Below the pieces are notes generated by a model. That model worked only from the letters and a program-made list of their open reading frames with translations, ran no database searches and was not told where the DNA came from. Below, piece by piece: positions 50,996 to 62,659 of a DNA stretch of 64,000 nt. Made by a program: the position numbers and the translations under genes. The DNA comes from an uncultured delta proteobacterium. GTDB lineage: Bacteria; Myxococcota_A; UBA9160; SMWR01. Where the stretch lies: the NCBI GenBank assembly GCA_963832165.1, contig CAWHTE010000011.1, positions 224,001 through 288,000 of the forward strand, in the 5' to 3' direction. Position 1 is the stretch's first letter; each line of letters opens with the position of its first letter.

Positions 50996-51022
50996 GGCGA
51001 ACGCGCGCAGACACGGAGAACC

Positions 51023-52261
51023 ATGATGGCGATCGCTGAGTTGCCCGGATTCGCTCCCGAGACCGCCGAGTTCTACCAGCAACCCGACGTCCACGAACTG
51101 TTCCGCCGGCTGCGTGCCGAGGATCCGCTGCACTGGTACGAGCCATCCCGCTTCTGGGCCGTCACCAAGCACGCCGACATCCAGGACATCTCGCAGCGGC
51201 CGCGCCGGTTCTCGTCCGAGCAGGGCACGCAGCTGTTCGAGGCGGTCCGCCGCGCGCGCGGGGAGGGGCCGCTGGAGAGCGGGTCGATGGGGGCGATGGC
51301 GGCGAGTGCGCCCTCGATCATCCGGATGGACCCGCCGCGCCACAACCGGCACCGCAAGCTCGTGATGGGGGCCTTCACGCCGCGCCGCATCGCGGCGATG
51401 GAGCCGCGCATCCGGGAGATCGCCAAGCGCAGCCTCGACGCGATCGATCCGCGCGGGCCGATCGATTTCGTCGAGCAGGTGGCGATCCCGATGCCGATGT
51501 ACGTGATCGCCGAGATGCTCGGCGTCTCGTCCGACAACTACGGTGATTTCCGGCGCTGGTCGGACGCGATGATCGAAGCGGGCGGCGGCGAGATCAACAT
51601 GGAGACGATGATGATCGTCGCCGAGCTGGGCCGCTACGCGATCGGCGTCGCGGAACAGCGCCGTCGCGAGCCGCAGGACGATCTCATCTCGATCCTGGTC
51701 GAGTCCGAGCTCGAGGGCGAGCGCCTCACCGATGCCGAGATCGCGATCTTCTGCCTCACGCTGCTCGTCGCGGGCAACGAGACCACGCGCAATCTCGTGT
51801 CGGGTGGGAGCCTCCTGCTGATGCGCCACCCCGAGCAGCGCGAGCAGCTGCTTGCGGATTCGGGTCTCCTGCCGAACGCCATCGAGGAGATGCTGCGGCT
51901 CGTATCGCCGGTGCGGAACTTCGCGCGCGTCGCCACCGAGGACACCGAGCTGCGAGGCCAGAAGATCCGCGCCGGTGACACGCTCGTACTCTTCTACAGC
52001 TCGGCCAACCGCGACGAGGAAGTGTTCGGGGCCGATTCCGAGGCCTTCGACGTCACGCGCGAGAGCGCCCGGCGCCACATCGCATTCGGCTTCGGCGAGC
52101 ACCTGTGTCTCGGCGCCTCGCTCGCGCGCCTCGAAGCGCGCGTGATGTTCGAGGAGCTGTTCGCGCGCTGGCCACACTTCGCGCTCGCGGGAGAGCCCGA
52201 GCCGATGCTCTCGAGCCTCATGAACGGTCTCCTGCGCATGCCCGTGGTGCTCGAGCCGTGA
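51023..52261 (+). CDS. Cytochrome P450
   Basis: MDPPRH, VAGNETT, EEMLR, FGFGEHLCLG; GGAG RBS. Confidence 0.95.
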   Translation: MMAIAELPGFAPETAEFYQQPDVHELFRRLRAEDPLHWYEPSRFWAVTKHADIQDISQRPRRFSSEQGTQLFEAVRRARGEGPLESGSMGAMAASAPSIIRMDPPRHNRHRKLVMGAFTPRRIAAMEPRIREIAKRSLDAIDPRGPIDFVEQVAIPMPMYVIAEMLGVSSDNYGDFRRWSDAMIEAGGGEINMETMMIVAELGRYAIGVAEQRRREPQDDLISILVESELEGERLTDAEIAIFCLTLLVAGNETTRNLVSGGSLLLMRHPEQREQLLADSGLLPNAIEEMLRLVSPVRNFARVATEDTELRGQKIRAGDTLVLFYSSANRDEEVFGADSEAFDVTRESARRHIAFGFGEHLCLGASLARLEARVMFEELFARWPHFALAGEPEPMLSSLMNGLLRMPVVLEP

Positions 52262-52854
52262 GCGCGGCCGCTGCGGCGTCGCCGTTCGAGCGCCCGAGCG
52301 CCCGAGAGATCCAGCGCCAGCGCACGCGCGCGCGGCTGTTCGCGGCTGCGCTCGCGGAGTTCGCGCGCACAGGCTTCGACAACGCGAGCGTGGCCGAGAT
52401 CGCGCGCGCGGCCGAGGTGTCGCGGCCGAGCTTCTACTTCCACTTCCCCACCAAGGAGCACGTGCTGCTCGAGCTGCAATGGCGCAGCGAGCTCGAGCTG
52501 GTCGAGCGGCTCTCCGGAACGAGCTCGTTGCACGAGCTGCTCGGCGCGCTGCCCGATGCGATCGCCGACGTCTATGCGAGCATCGAGGGGCCCGGCGTCG
52601 CGCGCGACATGGTGATGATCTACGCGCGGCTGCCCGAGTACCTGCCGCTCGAGGAGCAGCCGTTCCCGCTCGTGCGACTGCTCGAGCGCCGCTTCAGCGA
52701 GGGCGCGCAGCGCGGCGAGCTGCGCGCGGGTCTCCACCCGATCCAGGCCACGTTCCTGTGTCTCACGAGCGTGTTCGGCTATCTGATCGGTGCGCCGCCG
52801 CACGCCGACCACCGCGCCAACCTGCGCGCGGTGGTGGGATTGTTTCTCGCCTAG
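52258..52854 (+). CDS. TetR/AcrR family transcriptional regulator
   Basis: GFDNASVAEIARAAEVSRPSFYFHFPTKE helix-turn-helix; GTGA overlap with the P450. Confidence 0.93.
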   Translation: MSAAAAASPFERPSAREIQRQRTRARLFAAALAEFARTGFDNASVAEIARAAEVSRPSFYFHFPTKEHVLLELQWRSELELVERLSGTSSLHELLGALPDAIADVYASIEGPGVARDMVMIYARLPEYLPLEEQPFPLVRLLERRFSEGAQRGELRAGLHPIQATFLCLTSVFGYLIGAPPHADHRANLRAVVGLFLA

Positions 52855-52858
52855 GCGA

Positions 52859-53221
52859 TCAGAAGATCTCGTGCTCTTCGGTGAGGAACACCGCGGAGTT
52901 CGCGAGGTCGATGAACTCGGCCTCGTCCTCGAGCAGGCGCCGCGCGGCGTCGAGCCCGGATTGCCCCGACGCACCGAGTGCCTCGAGTGAGTCGAACCAC
53001 ACCTCGGTGATGCCGTCGTAGGGCGGCCGCGCGCCGCGCGATGCGCGCATCATCTCGCTCGCCTCGCCCGGGATCGTGTGGCTCTGCACGTAGCGCCTCA
53101 TCTGCGGAAGCTGCTCGCGCAGTCGCCGCACGAGCGGGCCGTGCACCTCGAGCCAGCGCTTCTGGAATTGCTCCAGAGACAACTCCGGCCGGCGCCGGCA
53201 GCAGAACACGAGCTTCACCAT
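52859..53221 (-). CDS. EthD domain-containing protein
   Basis: MVKLVF...F...W...HGPLV...RYVQSH...YDGITEVWF...DEAEFID. Confidence 0.9.
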   Translation of the reverse strand: MVKLVFCCRRRPELSLEQFQKRWLEVHGPLVRRLREQLPQMRRYVQSHTIPGEASEMMRASRGARPPYDGITEVWFDSLEALGASGQSGLDAARRLLEDEAEFIDLANSAVFLTEEHEIF

Positions 53222-53238
53222 GTGGGGCTCGCGCGACG

Positions 53239-53667
53239 CTACTTGGCCCGCACGTAGTCGCGCAGCACGCTCACCTCGAGCATGGCTTCCTCGAGCCGGT
53301 GCTTCACGAGGTCGCCGATGCTCACGATCCCGATCGGTCCGACCGGGCCCATGACGAGCAAGTGGCGCACGCGGCGCGCCGTCATGATCTCCATCGCCTC
53401 GCGCACGGTCTTGTCGGGCGTGCAGGTGACCGGCTCGCGCCGCATCACCACCGAGACCGCGAGGTCGAACACGGCGCGCCCGTGCTTGGCGAGACCGTGC
53501 ACGATGTCGCGCTCGTCGAGGATCCCGGCCACGACCGCGCCGTCGCGCACGACGAGCGACCCGATGCCGTGATCGGCCAGCGTGCGCGCCGCGTTCTCGA
53601 CCCGCATGTCGCTGTCGACCGCTTCGACCCGGCCGCCCTTGGTATCCAAGATGGACTGAATTCGCAT
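53239..53667 (-). CDS. CBS domain-containing protein
   Basis: IGSLVV, GILDERD, RVRHL, GIVSIGDLVK; GGAGG RBS. Confidence 0.93.
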   Translation of the reverse strand: MRIQSILDTKGGRVEAVDSDMRVENAARTLADHGIGSLVVRDGAVVAGILDERDIVHGLAKHGRAVFDLAVSVVMRREPVTCTPDKTVREAMEIMTARRVRHLLVMGPVGPIGIVSIGDLVKHRLEEAMLEVSVLRDYVRAK

Positions 53668-53730
53668 GCGTATGCCTCCGTCGGCCCGCCTGCGAGTATA
53701 CGCCCGCCGAAGCGCGTGGCGCGGGGTCCG

Positions 53731-54198
53731 CTACCAGTCCGAGCTGAGCTCGCCCTTCGCGTAGTCCTCGATGTAGGCCTGGACGAAGAACGCGTAGCCG
53801 GGCTCGAGCGGCTGCTCGAGCTGGTCGGAGTCCTCGAACACGGTGCGGCCGTTCGCGAGGATGCGGAACTTCAGGCGGTCGCCGGCTTTGGGCTCGAGCG
53901 CGTTGAGCTCCACGTAGCCGCCGATCCCGCTCGGGACGTCGACCGACCAGCGGAAGGTGCCTGCGGGCACGTCCTCCCAGGTCTCCAGGTTGCGGTCGCC
54001 GCTCTCGTCGCTGAATCCGACCATCATGCGCGCGGCGCTCGTGGTCTCGGCCTCGATCTCGATCTTCGCTCCGCCGCCGCCGAACACGGTCGGGGGAATC
54101 TTGTCCAGGGCCTTCTCGGTGGAGACCAAGTTGCCGGTGATCGTCCACCAGCCGAGGACGAGCACCAGACCGAGCACCGTCCGAACGAGCGCCTTCAT
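53731..54198 (-). CDS. Hypothetical exported/membrane-anchored protein
   Basis: N-terminal hydrophobic segment MKALVRTVLGLVLVLGWW followed by a beta-rich acidic domain. Confidence 0.7.
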   Translation of the reverse strand: MKALVRTVLGLVLVLGWWTITGNLVSTEKALDKIPPTVFGGGGAKIEIEAETTSAARMMVGFSDESGDRNLETWEDVPAGTFRWSVDVPSGIGGYVELNALEPKAGDRLKFRILANGRTVFEDSDQLEQPLEPGYAFFVQAYIEDYAKGELSSDW

Positions 54199-54278
54199 CA
54201 CCCAACCCCCACGCAGCACAGCACGGCTCTGCGCTCCATCGGCAGATCGGGCGGTCGATCTTGAGCCGAGTTTGCCCG

Positions 54279-55642
54279 CTAGTTGCCGAGGGCCGCGCGC
54301 AGGCGCGCGAGCACCTCGCGCGATGCGCGCACGCGCAGCCGCGTGCCCGCGGCATCGTGCGATTCCGCGAGCACGCGGCCGCGTTCGTGCGCTTCGGCGA
54401 CCACGCGCTGGAGCGCGTAGGGCACCACGAGCTCCTCCTCCTCGAGTCCGCGCTCGAAGTAGTCGCGCAGCGCGTCGCGCAGGATCGCGGCGTCCTCGGG
54501 GCGCTTCGCCGAGAGCAGGAGCGCGTCCGGATGGGCGGCCGCGAGGCGCGCGCGCGCCTCGGCGTCGAGGCGGTCGGCCTTGTTCAAGAGGATCCGGCGC
54601 GGGATCTCGGAGGCGCCGATCGAGGCGAGCACTTCGCAGGTGACGTCGATCTGGGCCTCGAACGCGGGGTCCGAGGCGTCCACCACGTGCAGCAGGAGAT
54701 CGCTCTCGCGCGCCTCGTCCAGCGTGGAGCGGAAGCTCGCCACGAGGTCGTGGGGCAGGTGCTTGATGAAGCCGACCGTGTCGGAGACGAGCACGCGCGT
54801 GGCGCCCGTATCCTTGAGCGCGCGCACGGTGGTGCCGAGCGTCGCGAACAGCTTGTCCTCGACGTGCACTTCGCTGCCCGTGAGGGCGCGCATCCACGAC
54901 GATTTGCCCGCGTTCGTGTAGCCGACCAGCGCCACGGTGTTCTGCGTGGCGCGCCGCTTGCGGCGCGTGCCGGCCTCGCGCTCGATCGACGCGAGCTCGG
55001 CGCGCAGCTCCGCGATCCGATCGCGCACCTTGCGCCGGTCGATCTCGGAAGCACTCTCGCCCGCGCCGCGCCCGCCGATCCCGCCGCCTTCGCGGTCTCG
55101 ACCGCCGCCGGTCTCGCGCAGGCGCGGCGCGATGTACGAGAGCCGCGCGATCTCCACCTGGAGGCGTGCCTCGCGGCTGCGCGCGTGGCGCTGGAAGATC
55201 GCGAGGATCACGGCGGTGCGGTCGAGCACCTCGGCACGCGTGGCGCGCTCGAGGTTGCGCGCCTGCGACGGCGTGAGCTCGTGATCGACGAGCACGAGTC
55301 CCGCGCGTTCGCTGTCCGGGCGCGCGGATTCGCGTGCCGGCTCCTCGCTGGCCTCATCCGCGAGGTCTTCGTTGGTGTGCCGCTTCGGGGTGCGCGGTCC
55401 GACCGGCACCACGCCGGTGCCGCCGGTCCAGTCCGCGAGCTCCTTCAGCTTGCCGCCGCCCACCACGGAACCGGGCTCGAGCCGCACGCGCCGCTGCGTG
55501 ACCCGTGCGACCACCTGGAAGCCGAGCGTCTTGGCGAGCCGCGCGAGCTCGTCGAGCGACGACGTGAACTCCCCGTCGTCGACGCCGCCCAGCTGCACGC
55601 CGAGCAACACCGCACGCGGGCGCGGAGGTGTGGTCGCGGTCG

Positions 55643-55646
<4 letters not shown>
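54279..55646 (-). CDS. hflX: GTPase HflX
   Basis: LTPSQARNLE, DRTAVILAIF, EARLQVE, VGYTNAGKSS, DKLFATL, DTVGFI, NKAD. Confidence 0.95.
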
Positions 55647-57271
<1,625 letters not shown>

Positions 57272-57447
57272 GGTGCGCAGATCCTTCTCGGGGGGGGCCC
57301 GGCGATTAGCGCACCCCTTCCGGCCAGTCGAGCGCTCTGCCCGCTCCGACGGTGCACCGGAGCCCGCTCACACCGGGTTTCGCTGCGTGACCCGATTCTC
57401 CCGAGGGCACCGTAGTCATTTGGCCTACACACTTTCTTTTGTTCGAA

Positions 57448-57463
57448 TGGCGAAGTTTCTGCT
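57448..57463 (+). promoter_or_regulatory. Sigma54-like -24/-12 promoter TGGCGAAGTTTCTGCT
   Basis: GG-N10-GC spacing exact, preceded by an AT-rich tract, upstream of a PEP-CTERM gene. Confidence 0.4.
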
Positions 57464-57651
57464 TGATCTGGCGGAGCGATCGGCTCAAGGTGTGGGGCGA
57501 CAGGGACCTTCCTGGGAGGGGTGGTTTCGAGGCTGTCACGGCGATCGGTCCTTGTCCCGATGTTCGGTTCTGGCTGTTCATCCCCCTTCCGCTGCTGCCG
57601 TCACCATCGGCTCCGTGCCTGCGCGGGGTCCGTGACCAAGGGGGGATCCGG

Positions 57652-58290
57652 ATGCGTTTCACTTCGCACCACGCTGCACTGCTCGGTGTCTCCGTGCTAT
57701 TCGCGCTCAGCGCCAACGCGGTTCCGACCAGCGTCGTCAGTGTCGATACGGCCACCTGCGACACGTTATCCGTGCCGGGTACCGTCGACGAGCTCGGTCC
57801 GGCCTCGGTGTTCCCGGCGGGTGAGCAGATCGGTGCGGTCATCCAGCCGAACACCCCGCTCGCACAGTGTGCCGCGACGAACGTCCCCGCGAGAACCAGC
57901 TCGACGGTCATGATCACGAACCTGCAGGCGTTCTCGTTCGTCGAGGTCTGGTACGTGGCCAACCCCGGCACGACGCTCACGAACATCGACGGGACGGTCA
58001 ACGGGGCGTCCGCGTTCAAGATCGACGCGGTCGGGCTCAACACGCCGCTCGTGAGCGAGAGCATTACGACCAACGGAATCTTCGAGCCCGGCGAGGCCTG
58101 GGTGTTCCGGATCCAGGATTTCGGGAACCTGCTCAACACGGCGAACCAGTTCGGCGAGATCGGCGTGCCGGATCTGACCAGTCTCAACGCCTCGGGCAAC
58201 ATCATCGCGTCGGTGCCGGAGCCCGGCACGGCTGCGCTGCTCGGCCTCGGGCTCGCGGTGCTGGCGATCCGGCGCCGACCGCGCGGCTGA
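57652..58290 (+). CDS. PEP-CTERM sorting domain protein
   Basis: Signal peptide ending ALSANA; C-terminal VPEPGTAALLGLGLAVLAIRRRPRG. Confidence 0.93.
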   Translation: MRFTSHHAALLGVSVLFALSANAVPTSVVSVDTATCDTLSVPGTVDELGPASVFPAGEQIGAVIQPNTPLAQCAATNVPARTSSTVMITNLQAFSFVEVWYVANPGTTLTNIDGTVNGASAFKIDAVGLNTPLVSESITTNGIFEPGEAWVFRIQDFGNLLNTANQFGEIGVPDLTSLNASGNIIASVPEPGTAALLGLGLAVLAIRRRPRG

Positions 58291-58306
58291 ACTTCGCTCC
58301 GACTCG

Positions 58307-60745
58307 TTAGTTAGAGGCCGTCGAGACGGGCCGCGCGGGCTTCCCGCCGACCGCTGCCGTGACGAGCAGCGCCGGGGTGACGAGCAGCTCGATCATGAGC
58401 GCCGTCAGGAACGCGAAGCCTGTCAACAGGCCGAACGCCGCGAGATTTTGCATCGAAGACGCCAGGAAGATGAAGAACCCGGTCGTGAGCACGACGCACG
58501 CGATCAGGTTCGCGCGTCCTGTGCTCGTCATCGTGCGCCGCACGGCCTCCTCGGGGTCGCCGCAGTGCTCCACTTCACGCCGGTAGACGTGAATGAAGTG
58601 GATCGTGTCGTCGACGGCGAGCCCGAGCGCGGTGGAGCCCGCCATCAGCGTGAACATGTCGAGCGGCACGCCGAGCGCGGCCATGAGCGCGTGCATGAGC
58701 AGGATCGGCGCGAGGTTTGGAAGCATGCTGACCAGACCGCCGCGGACGTTTCCGATCAGGACGACCATCAGGCCCGTCACCACGAGCAGTGATGTGAGGT
58801 AGCTCCACGCCATGCTCATCGTGACGGCGTGGAGCGTGCGGCTCATGACACCGAGCAGTCCGGTGATCGTGCCCTGCGAGCCGTTGCCGAGCAGCGTCGG
58901 CAGGCGCGTGTCGAGCTCGGCGACCAGGCGCGCGAACGCATGGGCGTCCTTGAACGGCATGTGCAGCGTGACGCGCGCGGTCGAGAACGAGGTGTCGGTG
59001 ATCCGCTCGAGATCGTCGGCGCCCGTGTTCTCGAACAGAAGCAGCTCCTGGGCGACGAGCTGTCGGTCGCGCGGGATCGCGTAGAACTCCGAGCGATTCT
59101 CGTGGAGTGCCTGGTGGATCTCCTTCACGACGTCGGCGAGTGACGTGGTGCGCCGCACCTGGACGAGCGGGTCGCGATAGCTCTCGGCCCACGTGCGCAC
59201 GCGCTCGATACCGTCGAGCACGGCGGGCTCGTACAGGCCGTTCTCGTGCCCCGTGTTCACGAGCACGTCCATGGTGACGGTCGCCCCCATCCTCTCGTTC
59301 ACGACCTCGGTCGCGTGCCGGAGCGGGTCGCCTTGCGGCAGCCAAGAGATCGGGTCGTGCGAGAAGATCAGCGTGCTGGCGGCGAACCAGACCGAGAGCA
59401 CGCAGGCGAGCAGAGTGCCCGAGATCAGCGGAACGCGGTATCGCAGCGAGACGCGCCCGCATGCGAGCAGAAATCGGTCGATGCGAGAGTTCCGGGCTTC
59501 GCTGCGGTCGAGCCGGGCTGTGCGCAGCGGAATCACCATCACGAGTCCCGGCAACAGCACGAGGCTGAACACCACGGCGAGTGCGACGCCGATCGGCACC
59601 AGATAGCCGAGCATCGCGAGCGGTTGCAGCGAAGCCGTCGCGAACGAGGCCATGCCGCCCATCGTCGTGATCGCGGTCATCACGATCGGCAGGCCCGCGT
59701 GGCCGAGCGAGTGCACCATGGCTGCCTCGCGCGTCGCACCTTCGCGTAACGACCTGAAGAAGTTCGAGAGGAAGTGCACGGGGTAGGCGACGCCCACCGT
59801 GAGCTGGAACGTGGGAAGGATCTGCGCAGGTGGCGTGATGCGCTGGCCGAGGACCGGGAACAGTCCGAGCAACGCCGACAGCGACGCGACGACCACGAGC
59901 AGCGGCAGCAGCACGCCGGCCCAGGTGCCGAACAGGAAGTAGAGCAACAGCGAGATCGCGAACAGCGAGAGCAGAACGAAGCGCTTCATGTCGCGCTCCA
60001 TCAGCTCGGAGATGCGCGTGATCATGAACGGAGATCCCGCGGCGTAGATCTCGAACCCGGAAGCCCTGTGTCGCGCGACCACCTCGCGGACCGCCTCGAC
60101 GATCTCGCTGTTCTCCTCACCCGACAGGAAACGCCGCGCGGGCTTCGGGCCGCTCTCACCCTCCGAGGCCGTGGAGTCGAAGCCGGCGAGCACGTCCTCC
60201 TGGGCGAACGACGAGTAGGCCTCGGTCTCGATCACGATCACCGTGAAGCTGCCGTCGCGCGAGATCAAGAGATCGCGGTAGGTCGGGCTCACGAGCACGC
60301 GCGTCTCGAGCGCTGCGAGCGCCGCGTCGCTGGCCGGGATCTCTGCGAGCAGGTCCTCGACCACGAGCTGGTTCGCTTCGCCGCGCACGTCGCGCGCGTT
60401 GATCAGGCTCTTGACCTCGACGAGCTTCGGCACGCTGCGCTCGAGGTCGCGGTGGAGCGCCGCGAGGCGCTCGAGGAAGCCGCGCTCGAACACGCGCGGC
60501 CCGGCGATCCCGACGACGATCAGCTCGTCGCGCCCGAACTGCTCGCGGAACGCCTCGTAGAGCAGGCGGGCCGGATCGTCGGGCTTGAGCATCTGCTCGG
60601 TCGAGGTGTCGAACTCGAGCCGCGGCAGCTGGGAGGCGAGCGAGAGTGCGACCAGCGCGCACGCAGCGATCGCGGTCCACGGCCGGCGCGCAACCGCCCG
60701 CCCGTAGCGCTCGAACCCGATCTCGATCCGATCCCGGATGCTCAG
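58307..60745 (-). CDS. MMPL/RND family transporter
   Basis: Two TM bundles (TAITTMGG; GLAVDDTIHF), FREQFG; frame open upstream of ATG 60592 through a TM helix to CTG 60745. Confidence 0.9.
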   Translation of the reverse strand: MSIRDRIEIGFERYGRAVARRPWTAIAACALVALSLASQLPRLEFDTSTEQMLKPDDPARLLYEAFREQFGRDELIVVGIAGPRVFERGFLERLAALHRDLERSVPKLVEVKSLINARDVRGEANQLVVEDLLAEIPASDAALAALETRVLVSPTYRDLLISRDGSFTVIVIETEAYSSFAQEDVLAGFDSTASEGESGPKPARRFLSGEENSEIVEAVREVVARHRASGFEIYAAGSPFMITRISELMERDMKRFVLLSLFAISLLLYFLFGTWAGVLLPLLVVVASLSALLGLFPVLGQRITPPAQILPTFQLTVGVAYPVHFLSNFFRSLREGATREAAMVHSLGHAGLPIVMTAITTMGGMASFATASLQPLAMLGYLVPIGVALAVVFSLVLLPGLVMVIPLRTARLDRSEARNSRIDRFLLACGRVSLRYRVPLISGTLLACVLSVWFAASTLIFSHDPISWLPQGDPLRHATEVVNERMGATVTMDVLVNTGHENGLYEPAVLDGIERVRTWAESYRDPLVQVRRTTSLADVVKEIHQALHENRSEFYAIPRDRQLVAQELLLFENTGADDLERITDTSFSTARVTLHMPFKDAHAFARLVAELDTRLPTLLGNGSQGTITGLLGVMSRTLHAVTMSMAWSYLTSLLVVTGLMVVLIGNVRGGLVSMLPNLAPILLMHALMAALGVPLDMFTLMAGSTALGLAVDDTIHFIHVYRREVEHCGDPEEAVRRTMTSTGRANLIACVVLTTGFFIFLASSMQNLAAFGLLTGFAFLTALMIELLVTPALLVTAAVGGKPARPVSTASN

Positions 60746-60810
60746 CGTGAACCCCCGACGCGCGTTCCCGCATTAGCGCAGCCGCGCGGTCGAGTCGAGG
60801 CTCCGAGATC

Positions 60811-60828
60811 TATCTTGCGCGGAAGCTA
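60811..60828. promoter_or_regulatory. Candidate MarR (PecS/TamR-type) operator TATCTT-N6-AAGCTA
   Basis: Near-palindrome between the divergent MMPL and marR genes; one mismatch from TATCTT-N6-AAGATA. Confidence 0.6.
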
Positions 60829-60866
60829 TCTGCGGGCGTACAGTGCTCGGCCGGACGGACCCCGAG

Positions 60867-61373
60867 ATGGGCTGGATCGACGACCTCGCGCGCGCCTGGC
60901 GCCGGGAGTATCCCGGGCGCGACGTCACGCCGCTGCCGCCGCTCGTGCGGCTCGCGCGGCTCGGCGTGCTGCTCGAGGCATTCCAGCACGAGGTGCTCGG
61001 GCCGTTCGGCCTCACGCCCGCCGACTACGGCGTGCTCGCGCTGTTGCGCCGCGCGGGGCGGCCCTACGAGCTCACGCCGAGCCGCCTCACGAGCAACCTG
61101 CGCCGCTCGTCCGGCGGAATCACGAAGATGGTGACGCGGCTCGAGGAACGCGGCCTCGTGCGGCGCATGCCCGATCCACAAGACGGGCGCGGCTGCCGCG
61201 TTCGACTCACGCGCGCGGGCATCGCGCTCCAGGAACGCGTGTTCGCGGCGTTCCTGGGTGCGAGCGGCGAGCTGCTCGCGCCGCTCGGATCGCTGCGCGA
61301 TACCGACCGCGAGCTCGATCGCCTGCTCGCGATGTTCGAGTCGCGGCTCGCTGCCGACGAGGAGGTCGCATGA
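60867..61373 (+). CDS. MarR family regulator (UrtR/PecS/TamR-like)
   Basis: N-terminal AWRREYP helix, LLRRAGRPYELTPS, SSGGIT...RLE..GLV.R..DPQDGR. Confidence 0.92.
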   Translation: MGWIDDLARAWRREYPGRDVTPLPPLVRLARLGVLLEAFQHEVLGPFGLTPADYGVLALLRRAGRPYELTPSRLTSNLRRSSGGITKMVTRLEERGLVRRMPDPQDGRGCRVRLTRAGIALQERVFAAFLGASGELLAPLGSLRDTDRELDRLLAMFESRLAADEEVA

Positions 61374-62197
61374 GCGGGATCTCGATCCGGCCGCTCACGC
61401 CGACGGTGGGCGCGGAGATCTCGGGAGTCGATCTGCGCAAGCCGCTCTCGCACGGGGAAGTCGACGCGATCGAGGAGGCGCTGCTCGCGCACGGCGTCGT
61501 GTTCTTCCGCGGCCAGGACATCACACCCGAGCAGCAGCTCGCGTTCGCGCGCCAGATGGGTCCGGTCGACATCCCTCCGTTCGCCCCCAGATACGGCAGC
61601 GACCCGGAGCTGCTCGTGCTCGACCAGGCCAAGCCCAAGGGCGAAGGAGCGGACGAGTGGCACAGCGACAACACCTTCATGGCCGAGCCGCCGATGGGCT
61701 CGATCCTCAAGGCGGTGCAGCTCCCGACCTACGGGGGCGACACCTGCTTCGCGAGCATGCACGCCGCCTACGACGCGCTGTCAGCGCCGATGAAGCGCAT
61801 GCTCGAGGGCATGCAGGCGGTGCACGACATCACGCGGCCGCTCCAGAAGGCGATCGACGCGGGCCACAGCAACGCGGATCTCGCCGAGGTACAGCACAAG
61901 TGGCCCCCGGTGAGTCATCCCGTGGTGCGCACTCACCCGATCACGGGACGCAAGGCGCTGTACGTGAACGGCAACTCCACGGTGCGGCTGGTCGGGCTGC
62001 CCGCGCGCGAGAACGAGGTGATGCTGCGCTTCCTGATCGATCACGTGCGCGATCCCGTGTTCCAATGCCGCTTCCGGTGGGATCTGCACTCGATCGCGTT
62101 CTGGGACAACCGCGCGGTGCAGCACTACGCAGTGCCCGACTACGCGGAGCGCCGCGTGATGCACCGCGTGACGCTGGCCGGTGACCGGCCGCGCTAG
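61370..62197 (+). CDS. TauD/TfdA family dioxygenase
   Basis: WHSDNTF, GGDTCFAS, HPVVRTHP, WDNRAVQHYA; ATGA overlap. Confidence 0.94.
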   Translation: MSGISIRPLTPTVGAEISGVDLRKPLSHGEVDAIEEALLAHGVVFFRGQDITPEQQLAFARQMGPVDIPPFAPRYGSDPELLVLDQAKPKGEGADEWHSDNTFMAEPPMGSILKAVQLPTYGGDTCFASMHAAYDALSAPMKRMLEGMQAVHDITRPLQKAIDAGHSNADLAEVQHKWPPVSHPVVRTHPITGRKALYVNGNSTVRLVGLPARENEVMLRFLIDHVRDPVFQCRFRWDLHSIAFWDNRAVQHYAVPDYAERRVMHRVTLAGDRPR

Positions 62198-62205
62198 GAG
62201 ATCCG

Positions 62206-62658
62206 ATGCCCGAAGCGAAGTTCCGCCACGCCGATGGAGAGAAGTGGAACGAGGTGCGCGCGATCGCGGTCGACGGGCGCCGCGCGTCGGTGTGGGAGAA
62301 GTGGCTCGAGTTCACGCCCGAGCTGTTGACGATCCACGCGCGCTGGGACCCGGGAATGATGGTCCACAAGCACGGGCACAACAGCCTGCATGTGCTCTAC
62401 GTGCTCGCGGGCGAGATGACCTGCGGCGACGTGCGCTGCACCCCGGGCATGCACATCACGCTGCCGGTCGGCGCGGCGTTCGGGCCGTTCGAAGCGGGAC
62501 CCGAGGGAGTGGAGCTGTTCGAGGTGATGATGGGCGACCCGCGCTCGTGGCCGGCCGACCCGGAGGGCTTCACCAAGCTGCTCGCGGAGCGGCGCGCGGT
62601 GAAGCTGCCCGATCCGCCGATCGAGCTGCCGGAGTGGCTCGAGGACACGAGGAAATAA
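62206..62658 (+). CDS. Cupin domain protein
   Basis: HKHGHNSLHVLYVLAGEM, FGPFEAGPEG; AGGAG RBS. Confidence 0.8.
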   Translation: MPEAKFRHADGEKWNEVRAIAVDGRRASVWEKWLEFTPELLTIHARWDPGMMVHKHGHNSLHVLYVLAGEMTCGDVRCTPGMHITLPVGAAFGPFEAGPEGVELFEVMMGDPRSWPADPEGFTKLLAERRAVKLPDPPIELPEWLEDTRK

Positions 62659-62659
62659 C

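Noticed and set aside
58290..58306. ACTTCGCTCCGACTCG as a third copy of the 27-bp repeat
   Set aside because: Only about 9 nt match, and the central hairpin is absent.
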